Assembly: GCA_964454485.1 (NCBI GenBank)
Contig: CAYVXO010000002.1
Span: forward strand, 2,218 to 66,217
Length of the DNA: 64,000 bases
Direction: 5' to 3'
DNA from: an uncultured Rubrivivax sp.
Lineage (GTDB): Bacteria > Pseudomonadota > Gammaproteobacteria > Burkholderiales > Burkholderiaceae_C
Shown here piece after piece: positions 46,287 through 55,179 of this stretch (position 1 is its first letter; every line of letters begins with the position of its first letter). The notes under the pieces are model-generated. The model worked only from the letters and a program-made list of their open reading frames with translations. It did not search any database and had not been told where the DNA came from. The position numbers were made by a program, and so were the translations under genes.

Positions 46287-46870
46287 CGACCGCCGCCACG
46301 CGCAAGGAGCTCAGCCACGAACGCATCGTCGACGTGGCGGCGCGGGCGATCCGGCGCGCGGGTTACCGCGGCGTGGGTGTCGCCGACATCATGAAGGAGG
46401 CGGGGCTCACGCACGGCGGCTTCTACGCCCACTTCGCCTCTCGTGACGCCCTGCTGGTCGAGGCCATGCAGCGGGCCAGCCGCGACAACCAGGCGGCACT
46501 GTCGGAAGCGATGGAACGCCGCATGGCGAAGGGCAGCACGCGTTTCGCCGCACTCGTGTGGGCCTACCTCCACGACACGAATCTCGATCGCCCCGATCAG
46601 GGTTGCGTCGTCGCCGCGCTCGCTTCGGAGATGACGCGCCAGGACGATGCGGTGCGGGAAGAGGCGCGCCGCAGGGTCACCGACCTGGTCGCGCTCGTGG
46701 GCGCGGCACTGCCGGCGGGCACCGAACCGGGCCAGGCGGCAGTCGTCGCCGCCACGATGGTCGGCGCGCTGCAACTGGCTCGCACGCTCGGCGGCAAGGC
46801 AGGCCTGGCCCTGCTGGCGCAGACGCGCGAAGCGCTCATCCGGCGTCACGATTCCCCGGCCGCAGCCTAG
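46283..46870 (+). CDS. TetR/AcrR family regulator
   Basis: GVADIMKEAGLTHGGFYAHF HTH; GC dipeptide in ligand domain; alternative start 46274. Confidence 0.92.
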   Translation: MSTAATRKELSHERIVDVAARAIRRAGYRGVGVADIMKEAGLTHGGFYAHFASRDALLVEAMQRASRDNQAALSEAMERRMAKGSTRFAALVWAYLHDTNLDRPDQGCVVAALASEMTRQDDAVREEARRRVTDLVALVGAALPAGTEPGQAAVVAATMVGALQLARTLGGKAGLALLAQTREALIRRHDSPAAA

Positions 46871-46913
46871 TTTCACCGGCGCGATGCCCCTCCCCGCAAA
46901 GGCTTGCGCACGA

Positions 46914-46931
46914 ATATGACACTCATCATAT
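46914..46931. promoter_or_regulatory. third copy of the TetR operator, upstream of the SDR
   Basis: ATATGACACTCATCATAT, same palindrome family. Confidence 0.7.
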
Positions 46932-46944
46932 CGAGGACCCGACC

Positions 46945-47646
46945 ATGAAGATCGCAGATTCGACCGTCCTGATCACCGGGGCCAACCGCGGCATCGGGCT
47001 GGCGTTCGCCCGGGCCTTCCTCGGCCGCGGCGCGCGCAAGGTGTACGCCGCGGCGCGCGACCCTTCGCGCGTGGCGCTGCCGGGCGTGACGCCGGTGAAG
47101 CTGGACGTCACCTCGCCGGGCGATGTCGAGGCCGCCGCACGGCTGGCCTCCGATGCGACCATCGTCGTCAACAACGCCGGCATCGCCAGCTTCGGCAGCT
47201 TCATGGCCGAAGACGCGGAAGCGGCGCTGCGCCGGCACCTGGAGACCAACCTGCTGGGCGTGCTGCGCGTGAGCCGCGCCTTCGCGCCCGTGCTGGCCCG
47301 CAACGGCGGCGGCGCGCTGCTCAACGTGGCCTCGGTGGCCAGCTGGATCAGCAACCCGCTGCTGGCCAGCTACGCCGTCTCGAAGGCTGCCGTCTGGAGC
47401 CTGAGCAACGGCCTGCGCCACGACCTGCGGGCGCAGAACACGCACGTGCTCACGCTGCACATGGGCTTCGTGGACACCGACCTCACGCGCGGCGTCGAGA
47501 TGCCGAAGGCCACACCCGAGGCGATCGTCGAGCAGGCGCTGGACGCGCTCGAAGCCGGTGCCGAGGAGGTGCTGGCCGACGAGCTGACCCGTCAGGTCAA
47601 GCGCGGGCTTTCCGCCGACCCGGCGGTCTATCTGGCGGCGCGCTGA
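46945..47646 (+). CDS. SDR oxidoreductase
   Basis: TGANRGIG, NNAG, YAVSK. Confidence 0.92.
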   Translation: MKIADSTVLITGANRGIGLAFARAFLGRGARKVYAAARDPSRVALPGVTPVKLDVTSPGDVEAAARLASDATIVVNNAGIASFGSFMAEDAEAALRRHLETNLLGVLRVSRAFAPVLARNGGGALLNVASVASWISNPLLASYAVSKAAVWSLSNGLRHDLRAQNTHVLTLHMGFVDTDLTRGVEMPKATPEAIVEQALDALEAGAEEVLADELTRQVKRGLSADPAVYLAAR

Positions 47647-47647
47647 G

Positions 47648-49063
47648 GTGGGCCTTCCCGCCGCCGCCGGGGCCTCGCCGGCCGAAACGCGGGCCGAGAC
47701 GCCGGCCACTGCCGCATCGCCCTGGCCGGCGTTCTGGATCGCCAGCAGTGCCGTCTTCCTGGTGTCGCTGGACTCGACGATGCTGTTCGCGGCCTTCGAC
47801 GCGCTGCGCCACAGCTTCGCCGGCAGTTCGGCCGCCACGCTGTCGTGGGTGCTCAACGGCTACACCGTGGTCTACGCCGCGATGCTGATCCCGGCCGGCG
47901 GGCTGGCCGACGCCCATGGGCGCAAGCGCGTCTTCAGGCGCGGGCTGGCCCTTTTCATCGCCGCGTCCGCGGCCTGCGGGCTGGCGCCGACGGTGGGCTG
48001 GCTGATCGCCGCGCGCGTGCTGCAGGCCCTGGGCGCGGCACTGCTGACGCCGGCCTCGATGTCGATCGTGCTCGCGGCCTTCCCGGCCGAGCGCCGGGCC
48101 GTCATCGTCAGCCTGTGGGGCGCGGTGGGCGGGCTGGCCGCCGCCGTGGGCCCCAGCCTGGGAAGCTGGGTCACCGCCCACGCCGGCTGGCCGTGGGCCT
48201 TCTACATCAACATCCCCGTGGGCCTGTGGGCGCTGTGGCGCAGCGCCTCGCGTGTCGAAGAGGCGGTCAAGCCGGCACAGCGCCGGCGGGTGGACGTCGT
48301 CGGCCTGCTGCTGCTGATGGCCGCCGTGGGGGCCGTGGCGCTGGCGATCGTCGAGAGCGGCTCGCCCGCATGGACCGCGGGCCGGATCGCCGCCGTGGCC
48401 GGCGGCGGCGTGCTCGCCAGCATCGCCTTCGTGCTGTGGGCGCGCTGGCACCCGGCGCCGCTGCTGGACCTGTCGCTGTTCGGCCATGCCACCTACCGCT
48501 ATGCCAACGCGGCGACGCTGGCCTTCGGCATCGCGTTCTCGATGATGTTCCTGGGCTTCTTCTTCTTCATGACGGGGGTCTGGCACTACACCTTGCCGCA
48601 GGCCGGCCTGGCCGTGACGCCCGGCCCGCTGCTGGTGATGCCGACGGCCATCGTCACCGGGCGGCTGGCGGGCCGCCTGGGTCACCGCCCGTTCCTCGTC
48701 GGCGGCTCGCTGCTGTATGCGTGCAGCGGTCTGTGGCTGCTGCTGGTGCCGGGAGCGCAGCCTGAGTACCTGCGCCACTGGCTGCCCGGGCTCCTGATGA
48801 GCGGCGTGGCGGTCGGTCTGGTGCTGCCTTCGCTGGCCGGCGCGGCCGTGAGCCGCCTGCCGGCGGCGCACTACGCGGTCGGCGCGGCCTTCAACCAGGC
48901 CACGCGCCAGATGGGCGGCGTGCTCGGCGTCGCGATCACGGTCGGCCTGCTCGGCCACGCCGGCCTGGTCCGTTCCGACTTCAACCCGCTGTACGGACTG
49001 CACGCCGCGCTCGCCCTGCTCACCGCGCTGCTGTGCTTGCCGGTGAGCACGAGGCCGCGCTGA
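47648..49063 (+). CDS. DHA2-type MFS efflux transporter
   Basis: WVLNGY, GGLADAHGRKR, WAFYINIPVG. Confidence 0.9.
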   Translation: MGLPAAAGASPAETRAETPATAASPWPAFWIASSAVFLVSLDSTMLFAAFDALRHSFAGSSAATLSWVLNGYTVVYAAMLIPAGGLADAHGRKRVFRRGLALFIAASAACGLAPTVGWLIAARVLQALGAALLTPASMSIVLAAFPAERRAVIVSLWGAVGGLAAAVGPSLGSWVTAHAGWPWAFYINIPVGLWALWRSASRVEEAVKPAQRRRVDVVGLLLLMAAVGAVALAIVESGSPAWTAGRIAAVAGGGVLASIAFVLWARWHPAPLLDLSLFGHATYRYANAATLAFGIAFSMMFLGFFFFMTGVWHYTLPQAGLAVTPGPLLVMPTAIVTGRLAGRLGHRPFLVGGSLLYACSGLWLLLVPGAQPEYLRHWLPGLLMSGVAVGLVLPSLAGAAVSRLPAAHYAVGAAFNQATRQMGGVLGVAITVGLLGHAGLVRSDFNPLYGLHAALALLTALLCLPVSTRPR

Positions 49064-49096
49064 GCGGCGAACCTCCCAACCGCAAAGGAACACTGC

Positions 49097-49672
49097 ATGG
49101 ACGCCCACGAGGTCCTCGAGCAATGGAAGTCGCAGGAGCAGGCGGTTCGCGCCCGGCTGCGGCCGGCCGACGCCCCGCGTCCCACGCTGCGGGTGGCCGG
49201 CTTGTCCGGCATGGAAATCCTCGACGCCATCTTCGCGGGCGACCTGCCGACGCCGCCCATGGGCGAGACGCTGGACTTCGTGCCGATCCGCATGGCGCCA
49301 GGACAGGCGGTGTTCCAGGGGCGCCCGCTGCGGCGGCACTACAACCCGCTGGGCACCGTTCACGGCGGGTGGTTTGCCGCGCTGCTGGACTCCGCGGTGG
49401 GGTGCGCGATCCACACCACCCTGCCTGCCGGTCGGGGCTACACCACCCTGGAACTCAAGATCAACCTGGTTCGTGCGCTGACGGAAGAAGTGCCCTTGGT
49501 GCGCGCCGAGGGCAAGGTCATCCACGTCGGGCGCCAGACCGGTACGGCGGAAGGCCGCATCGTGGGGCCGGACGGCAGGCTCTACGCGCATGCCACCACC
49601 ACCTGCCTGATCTTCGACGCCGCGGCGGCCACCGGGCGCCATCCCGCTGCGCAGGCCTCCACCCCCCACTGA
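49097..49672 (+). CDS. PaaI family thioesterase
   Basis: NPLGTVHGG...LLDSA motif. Confidence 0.9.
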   Translation: MDAHEVLEQWKSQEQAVRARLRPADAPRPTLRVAGLSGMEILDAIFAGDLPTPPMGETLDFVPIRMAPGQAVFQGRPLRRHYNPLGTVHGGWFAALLDSAVGCAIHTTLPAGRGYTTLELKINLVRALTEEVPLVRAEGKVIHVGRQTGTAEGRIVGPDGRLYAHATTTCLIFDAAAATGRHPAAQASTPH

Positions 49673-49685
49673 AGCCGAGGTTCCC

Positions 49686-50492
49686 ATGTCCAGTTCCAGA
49701 GTCGTGTTCGTCACCGGCGTCTCCTCCGGCATCGGCCGCGCCACCGCCGAGCAGTTCGCACGGCAGGGCTGCACCGTCTTCGGCACGGTGCGCGACCTGC
49801 GCAAGGCCCGGCCCATCCCCGGCGTCGAACTCGTGGAGATGGATGTGCGCGACGAAGGCGCCGTCAAGCGCGCGGTGCAGGTCGTCATCGCCAAGGCGAA
49901 GCGCATCGACGTGCTGGTCAACAACGCCGGCGGCACCATGCTGGGTGCCGTCGAAGAGACCTCGGTCGCCGAGGCGCAGGCCCTGTTCGACACCAACGTG
50001 TTCGGGGCGCTGCGCACGAGCCAGGCGGTGCTGCCTCACATGCGCGAACAGCGCGCGGGGCGCATCGTCAACGTGAGCTCGGTGCTGGGCTTCCTGCCGG
50101 CGCCCTACATGGGTCTGTACGCGGCGTCGAAGCACGCCGTCGAAGGCCTGTCCGAGTCGCTGGACCACGAGGTGCGCCGCTTCGGCATCCGCGTCGTGCT
50201 GGTCGAGCCTGCGTACACCAGGACCCAGCTGGACCAGAACGCGCCGCAAACCGCGAGCAGGATGCCGGCGTACGAGGCCGACCGGGACCTCGCGTCCCGG
50301 GCCATCGTGAAGAGCGTGCAGAAGGCCCCGGCGCCGGAAACCGTGGCGGCGACGATCGTGGAGGCCGCCTTCGGTCGCTGGCGGATGCGCAAGACGCCGA
50401 AGGGCGAGGCGTCACTGCTCAGCAAGCTGCGCCGCTTCCTGCCGGCCGGCCCCGTGGATTCCGGCCTGCGCAAGACCTTCGGTTTGTCGTGA
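49686..50492 (+). CDS. SDR oxidoreductase
   Basis: [17 protein letters not shown]. Confidence 0.92.
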   Translation: MSSSRVVFVTGVSSGIGRATAEQFARQGCTVFGTVRDLRKARPIPGVELVEMDVRDEGAVKRAVQVVIAKAKRIDVLVNNAGGTMLGAVEETSVAEAQALFDTNVFGALRTSQAVLPHMREQRAGRIVNVSSVLGFLPAPYMGLYAASKHAVEGLSESLDHEVRRFGIRVVLVEPAYTRTQLDQNAPQTASRMPAYEADRDLASRAIVKSVQKAPAPETVAATIVEAAFGRWRMRKTPKGEASLLSKLRRFLPAGPVDSGLRKTFGLS

Positions 50493-50648
50493 CGTGGCCG
50501 TGGCGCGACCGTGATCGCGCCGAACGCGCCCACCGGCCTGTCGGGACGCTGCCTTCGGCGGACGGGGCCAGCGCGTGAAGGCGGCCCGAAGCGCAGGAGC
50601 AGGTCGGGCACCCTGACGCCGGCCCAGACCCAAGGCGCGCCGCGCTGC

Positions 50649-50757
50649 CAGCGTTGGAACCACTTCCACAACTGGCACGGTCGAGAGCACGGCATCAACC
50701 TCAAGCCGCCAGTCTCACGCCTCCCGGTTCCTCGAAAGAACCTGTTGAGACTTCACA
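50649..50757 (+). mobile_element. IS481-family remnant (transposase C-terminus and right end)
   Basis: WNHFHNWHGREHGINLKPPVSRL...NLLRLHS; DNA ends AACCTGTTGAGACTTCACA. Confidence 0.7.
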
Positions 50758-50914
50758 GCCAGGTTCACGGCGGCATTCCACGCGCGGGTGCTGGCAGCCT
50801 TCGCAAGCTGAGACCTCGCCGGAGCGAACGCCTGCAGCGAGAGCGGTGGAGTCCACACGAGCCTTCGCGGCCCGTCGACACGCGTCGACAGCGGTCGGCC
50901 GCGGCCGCCGGGTC

Positions 50915-51316
50915 TCAAGCCGATGCGGCGCTCGCGCGGCGTCGGGCCGGCTTGCAGTCGGCGCAGCGCCCGTACAGCGTCAGTTCGTGGCGCTCGACCG
51001 TGAAGCCCTTGGGCGCCATCTGCGCGAGGTCGCCCGGGCAGGCGTGCACGTCGAACACCCGATGGCACGTCGTGCACTGGAAATGGTGGTGGTGGGCGTG
51101 GCCGGCGGGCTCGTAGCGCGGGCTGTCGCCAGGCAGGGTGACCGTGGCGATCTCGCCGGCGTCCTGCAGCAGCTTGAGGTTGCGATAGACCGTCGCCAGG
51201 CTCAGGGCCGGGACCTGCGCCTGCGCCGCCTCCAGCACCTCCTGCGGCGACATCGGCCGGCTCGCGGCATCGATGACCTGCCGGATGGCCGTGCGTTGGC
51301 GGGTGGATCGTTCCAT
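50915..51316 (-). CDS. Fur-family transcriptional regulator
   Basis: TRQR, SLATVYRNL, HHHHFQCTTC, CADC. Confidence 0.92.
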   Translation of the reverse strand: MERSTRQRTAIRQVIDAASRPMSPQEVLEAAQAQVPALSLATVYRNLKLLQDAGEIATVTLPGDSPRYEPAGHAHHHHFQCTTCHRVFDVHACPGDLAQMAPKGFTVERHELTLYGRCADCKPARRRASAASA

Positions 51317-51393
51317 GCGGTGAACGTGAGGCGTAGAGCGGGTGCGTGGCGGCAAGGCACCGACTCTAAGCGAGGTCGGCCGCATGCTATGCT

Positions 51394-51414
51394 GTTGAGA
51401 ACGAATTTGCATTA
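51394..51414. promoter_or_regulatory. Fur-box-like operator between the regulator and the metal ABC operon
   Basis: TAATGCAAATTCGTTCTCAAC on the minus strand; AT-rich imperfect palindrome. Confidence 0.6.
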
Positions 51415-51420
51415 GCAATC

Positions 51421-51555
51421 ATGAGGTCCGTCGCCCGCCGCCCACAGCGGTTCCCTTCCGGCAGCCTGTTGTTGTCGAACGCGTCGGCGCGCCTGCTCGG
51501 CGCCGCCGCTCTGAGCGGTCTGCTGTGGCTCGCCGTGCTGTGGGCCCTCGCCTGA
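51421..51555 (+). CDS. 44-aa membrane peptide leading the metal ABC operon
   Basis: MRSV...SARLLGAAALSGLLWLAVLWALA; TGATG overlap with the ATPase; below the ORF track cutoff. Confidence 0.6.
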   Translation: MRSVARRPQRFPSGSLLLSNASARLLGAAALSGLLWLAVLWALA

Positions 51556-52316
51556 TGGATGCCGCGGCAGACCGGCCCGCCGCGATCGGGCTGCACGACC
51601 TCACGGTCGCCTACGGCGGCCACCCCGCCGTGCACCACCTGACCGGCGCCTTCGAATCCGGTTCGCTGACCGCCATCGTCGGCCCCAACGGCGCAGGCAA
51701 GAGCACCTTGCTGGCGGCCATCATGGGCCGGATCCGCCCGGCGGGCGGCGAAGTGGCCAGCGCCGCCGGCCTTGCGCGCGAGCGCATCGCCTGGCTGCCG
51801 CAGCACAGCGAGATCGATCGCAGGTTCCCGCTGCGCGTGCTCGACCTCGTCGCGCTGGGTCTGTGGCGGCGCATCGGCAGCCTGCGCGGCCTGGACGCAT
51901 CGCACCACGATGCCATCCACCGTGCCCTCGATGCCGTGGGCCTGTCGGGTTTCGAGCGGCGCGGCCTCGGGGAGTTGTCCGCGGGCCAGTTCCAGCGCGT
52001 GCTGTTCGCGCGCGTGCTGTTGCAGGACGCGCCCGTGATCCTGCTGGACGAACCGTTCAACGCGATCGACGCGCGCACCACCGCGGACCTGCTGAGCATC
52101 GTCCACCGCTGGCACGGCGAAGCGCGCACGGTGATCGCCGTGCTGCACGATCTGGATCTGGTGCGCGAGCACTTCGATCGGACGCTGCTGCTCGCCCGCC
52201 GCTGCCTCGCCTGGGGCCCCACCGCCGAAGTGCTCCGGGCCGAGAACCTGTTGCGCGCCCGGCGCATGGCCGAAGCCTGGGACGACGATGCCCCGGTCTG
52301 CCGGGAGGCCGCATGA
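51555..52316 (+). CDS. Zn/Mn-type ABC ATPase (ZnuC-like)
   Basis: GPNGAGKST, LSAGQFQR, LLDEP, LHD. Confidence 0.9.
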   Translation: MDAAADRPAAIGLHDLTVAYGGHPAVHHLTGAFESGSLTAIVGPNGAGKSTLLAAIMGRIRPAGGEVASAAGLARERIAWLPQHSEIDRRFPLRVLDLVALGLWRRIGSLRGLDASHHDAIHRALDAVGLSGFERRGLGELSAGQFQRVLFARVLLQDAPVILLDEPFNAIDARTTADLLSIVHRWHGEARTVIAVLHDLDLVREHFDRTLLLARRCLAWGPTAEVLRAENLLRARRMAEAWDDDAPVCREAA

Positions 52317-53188
52317 CCGGTGGCCAGCTGCTGCTGCAGCCGTTCGCCGAGTACGGCTTCATGCGTCGCGGGCTGGTGGCCACGCTCGCGCTCGGTCTCG
52401 GCGGCGCGCCGGTCGGCACGCTGCTGGTGCTGCGCCGCATGAGCCTGACGGGCGATGCGATCGCGCACGCCTTGCTGCCCGGCGCGGCGCTGGGTTTCAT
52501 GGCCGGCGGCTTCTCGCTCGTCGCGATGGGCGGCGGCGCCTTTGCCGCGGCGCTGGCGGTGGCGCTGGCCGCCGGCTTCGTGACCCGCGCCACGCGGCAA
52601 AGCGAGGATGCGAATTTCGCCGCCTTCTACCTGATCGCCCTCGCGCTCGGCGTGCTGCTGATCTCGACCCATGGCACCAGCGTCGACCTGATGCACATGC
52701 TGTTCGGCAGCATCCTCGCGGTCGACGACGCCGCGCTGCTGCTGATGGCCGCCGTGGCCAGCCTCACGCTGCTGACGCTGGCCGTGGTCTACCGGCCGCT
52801 GGTCGTCGAGTGCGTCGACCCGGGCTTCCTGCGCAGCATGGGCGGGCCGGGCGCCCTGGTGCATGCGGTCTTCCTCGCGTTGGCGGTGGCCAACCTGGTG
52901 GCGGGCTTCCTGGCGCTGGGCACGCTGATGGCGGTGGGCGTGATGATGCTGCCGGCGGCCGCCGCGCGCTTCTGGGCCGCGGAAGTGTGGAGCCTGATGC
53001 TGGCCGCCGCGGTCATCGCCGTCCTGTCCGGTGCGATCGGCCTGCTGCTGTCGTACCACGGCCATTGGCCTTCGGGGCCGGCCATCGTGCTGGTGGCCGG
53101 CGCCATCTACCTGGCGTCGCTCGTCGCGGGCCCGCGCGAGGGGCTGCTGTGGCAACGCCTGCGGCGCTTGACCCACCGGGCGGCCTGA
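52313..53188 (+). CDS. Zn/Mn-type ABC permease (ZnuB-like)
   Basis: RRMSLTGDAIAHALLPG, LFGSIL, PSGP. Confidence 0.9.
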   Translation: MTGGQLLLQPFAEYGFMRRGLVATLALGLGGAPVGTLLVLRRMSLTGDAIAHALLPGAALGFMAGGFSLVAMGGGAFAAALAVALAAGFVTRATRQSEDANFAAFYLIALALGVLLISTHGTSVDLMHMLFGSILAVDDAALLLMAAVASLTLLTLAVVYRPLVVECVDPGFLRSMGGPGALVHAVFLALAVANLVAGFLALGTLMAVGVMMLPAAAARFWAAEVWSLMLAAAVIAVLSGAIGLLLSYHGHWPSGPAIVLVAGAIYLASLVAGPREGLLWQRLRRLTHRAA

Positions 53189-53189
53189 A

Positions 53190-54089
53190 ATGAAGCTGTC
53201 GCGTCGATCCTGCCTGGCGCTGACGCTGGCGGCGCCGGGCCTGTCGGCCCGGGCCGGGGCCGAGCGGCCGCTGCGCGTCGTGGCGAGTTTCTCCATCCTG
53301 GCCGACATGCTGCGCAACGTGGGCGGCGACGAGGTCGAAGTCTTTGCGCTCGTGGGGCCGGACGCGGACGCGCATGTCTTCGAGCCGCGCCCGGCCGACG
53401 CCGGGCGACTGGCGCAGGCCGACCTGGTGGTGGTCAACGGGCTGGGATTCGAAGGCTGGCTGGACCGCCTGGTGCGCACATCGGGCTACCGCGGCCCGGT
53501 CGTCGTGGCCAGCGAGGGCGTCGCCCCGCGCCTCGTCGCGGGGGCCCCCGACCCGCATGCGTGGCAGGACCTTCGCCTGGCGCAGCGCTACGTGCAGAAC
53601 CTGCGCGACGCCCTGGCCCGGGCCCGGCCCGCGCGGGCCGCGGCGTTCGAGGCGCGCACGCAGGCCTACCTCGGGCGCCTGGCCGCACTCGACGCGCAGG
53701 TCCGCCGCGCCCTTGGCGGCGTGCCGGCGCAGCGGCGCCGCGTGATCACCTCGCACGACGCCTTCGGCTACTTCGGCGCGGCCTACGGCGTGGAATTCCT
53801 CGCCGCGCAGGGGCGCAGCACCGACAGCGAGCCCTCGGCGGCCGACGTCGCCCGGCTGATCGAGCAGATCCGTGCACAGCGGGTGGGTGCGGTCTTCGTC
53901 GAGAACATCAGCGACCCGCGCCTGGTGCAGCGCATCGCGAAGGAGGCCCATGCCACCGTCGGCGGGCGTCTGTACTCGGACGCGCTGTCGGCACCGGGAA
54001 CGCAGGCCGACACCTACCTGAAGTTCTTCGCACACAACGCAGACACGATTGCGCGGGCGCTGAGCCAGGGCAACGGTCGCTCGGAGTGA
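53190..54089 (+). CDS. cluster A-I metal-binding protein (ZnuA-like)
   Basis: DAHVFEP, DPHAW, HDAFGYF, YSDAL; twin-Arg-like signal. Confidence 0.9.
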   Translation: MKLSRRSCLALTLAAPGLSARAGAERPLRVVASFSILADMLRNVGGDEVEVFALVGPDADAHVFEPRPADAGRLAQADLVVVNGLGFEGWLDRLVRTSGYRGPVVVASEGVAPRLVAGAPDPHAWQDLRLAQRYVQNLRDALARARPARAAAFEARTQAYLGRLAALDAQVRRALGGVPAQRRRVITSHDAFGYFGAAYGVEFLAAQGRSTDSEPSAADVARLIEQIRAQRVGAVFVENISDPRLVQRIAKEAHATVGGRLYSDALSAPGTQADTYLKFFAHNADTIARALSQGNGRSE

Positions 54090-54181
54090 GCGATGGCCCT
54101 TCGAAAGCCCAACCCTCTGGCACGGACCCTGCATTTCGCGCAAGATGTCCGCTGTCGTTGGAAGCGGCCGCAGGGCTGAGC

Positions 54182-54748
54182 ATGAAACGTCGTCTGGTTC
54201 TCGCGGGTGTCGCCTCGGTGCTGGGTGCAGGCGCCTTCGCCGGCCTGGTGGCGGCTGCCGCGGAACCGAAGGCTCCGGCGGGTGCGGCCAAGGAAACCTC
54301 CTGGGACGACCTCGTGCCCAAGGACTGGGATCCGACGAAGCGTTTTCGGGAACTCAACCTGGGCCTGCTCAACGACGGCGACCCGCGCGTGCTGCAGCTC
54401 ATGCGGGAGATGCGCGCCACCTGGGACAACGCGCCGACCAACAGCCGCCTGGACGGCACGACGGTGAGGCTTCCGGGCTATGTCGTGCCGCTGGAAGAGG
54501 TCAAGGGCCAGCTCAGGGAGTTCCTGCTCGTGCCGTACTTCGGCGCGTGCATCCACACGCCGCCGCCGCCGGCCAACCAGATCGTGCACGTGATCGTCGG
54601 CAAGGGCGGCGAGGGCCTGCGCATGATGGACGCGGTGTGGGCCAGCGGCACCCTGAGGACACACCGTCAGGACTCGGTGATGGGCATGAGCGGCTACGCG
54701 ATGGAAGGGGCCGCCATCGAGCGCTACAGCGCTCCGAAGCGGCCATGA
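54182..54748 (+). CDS. DUF3299 family protein
   Basis: WDDLVP, LPGYVVPL, LLVPYFGACIHTPPPPANQ. Confidence 0.88.
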   Translation: MKRRLVLAGVASVLGAGAFAGLVAAAAEPKAPAGAAKETSWDDLVPKDWDPTKRFRELNLGLLNDGDPRVLQLMREMRATWDNAPTNSRLDGTTVRLPGYVVPLEEVKGQLREFLLVPYFGACIHTPPPPANQIVHVIVGKGGEGLRMMDAVWASGTLRTHRQDSVMGMSGYAMEGAAIERYSAPKRP

Positions 54749-54749
54749 G

Positions 54750-55097
54750 ATGAACTCGCGTCGCTCCGCCCCGTTCAGCGGTTCATCGCTGCTGCGCTTC
54801 GGCCGGGCGCTGCTGCTGCCTTTGCTGCTGCTGTGCGTGCAGCAGGGCGCATTCCTGCACGAGCTGAGCCACTACAAGGCCGGCGAGACCCAGCACGAAG
54901 GCGACCGGCGGCCCGCCAACGGCCCCTGTGCCCTGTGCCTGGCCTTCGCGGACGTCCAGTCGGTCGCCAGCCCGGCGGTGCCGCCGCTCCTGCTGCTGGC
55001 ACGGCTGAGTTTCGTTCTCGTTCCCGTGGCCGTCGTCATCGCGCGTGCCGCCACGCCACCGCCGCGCCGCAGCCGCGGCCCACCCGCCCACCGCTGA
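54750..55097 (+). CDS. DUF2946-like leader protein (HxxxH, CxxC, RGPP)
   Basis: Signal-like N-terminus, HELSH, CALC, RSRGPP near the stop; directly upstream of a TonB receptor. Confidence 0.75.
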   Translation: MNSRRSAPFSGSSLLRFGRALLLPLLLLCVQQGAFLHELSHYKAGETQHEGDRRPANGPCALCLAFADVQSVASPAVPPLLLLARLSFVLVPVAVVIARAATPPPRRSRGPPAHR

Positions 55098-55179
55098 ACA
55101 ACCCGGTCAGTCGATCCGCCCGCGCGACGCCCTCGTCGCGACGGGCGGGCGCCCTTGTCCCGTTCAGAGGTGGTCACCG

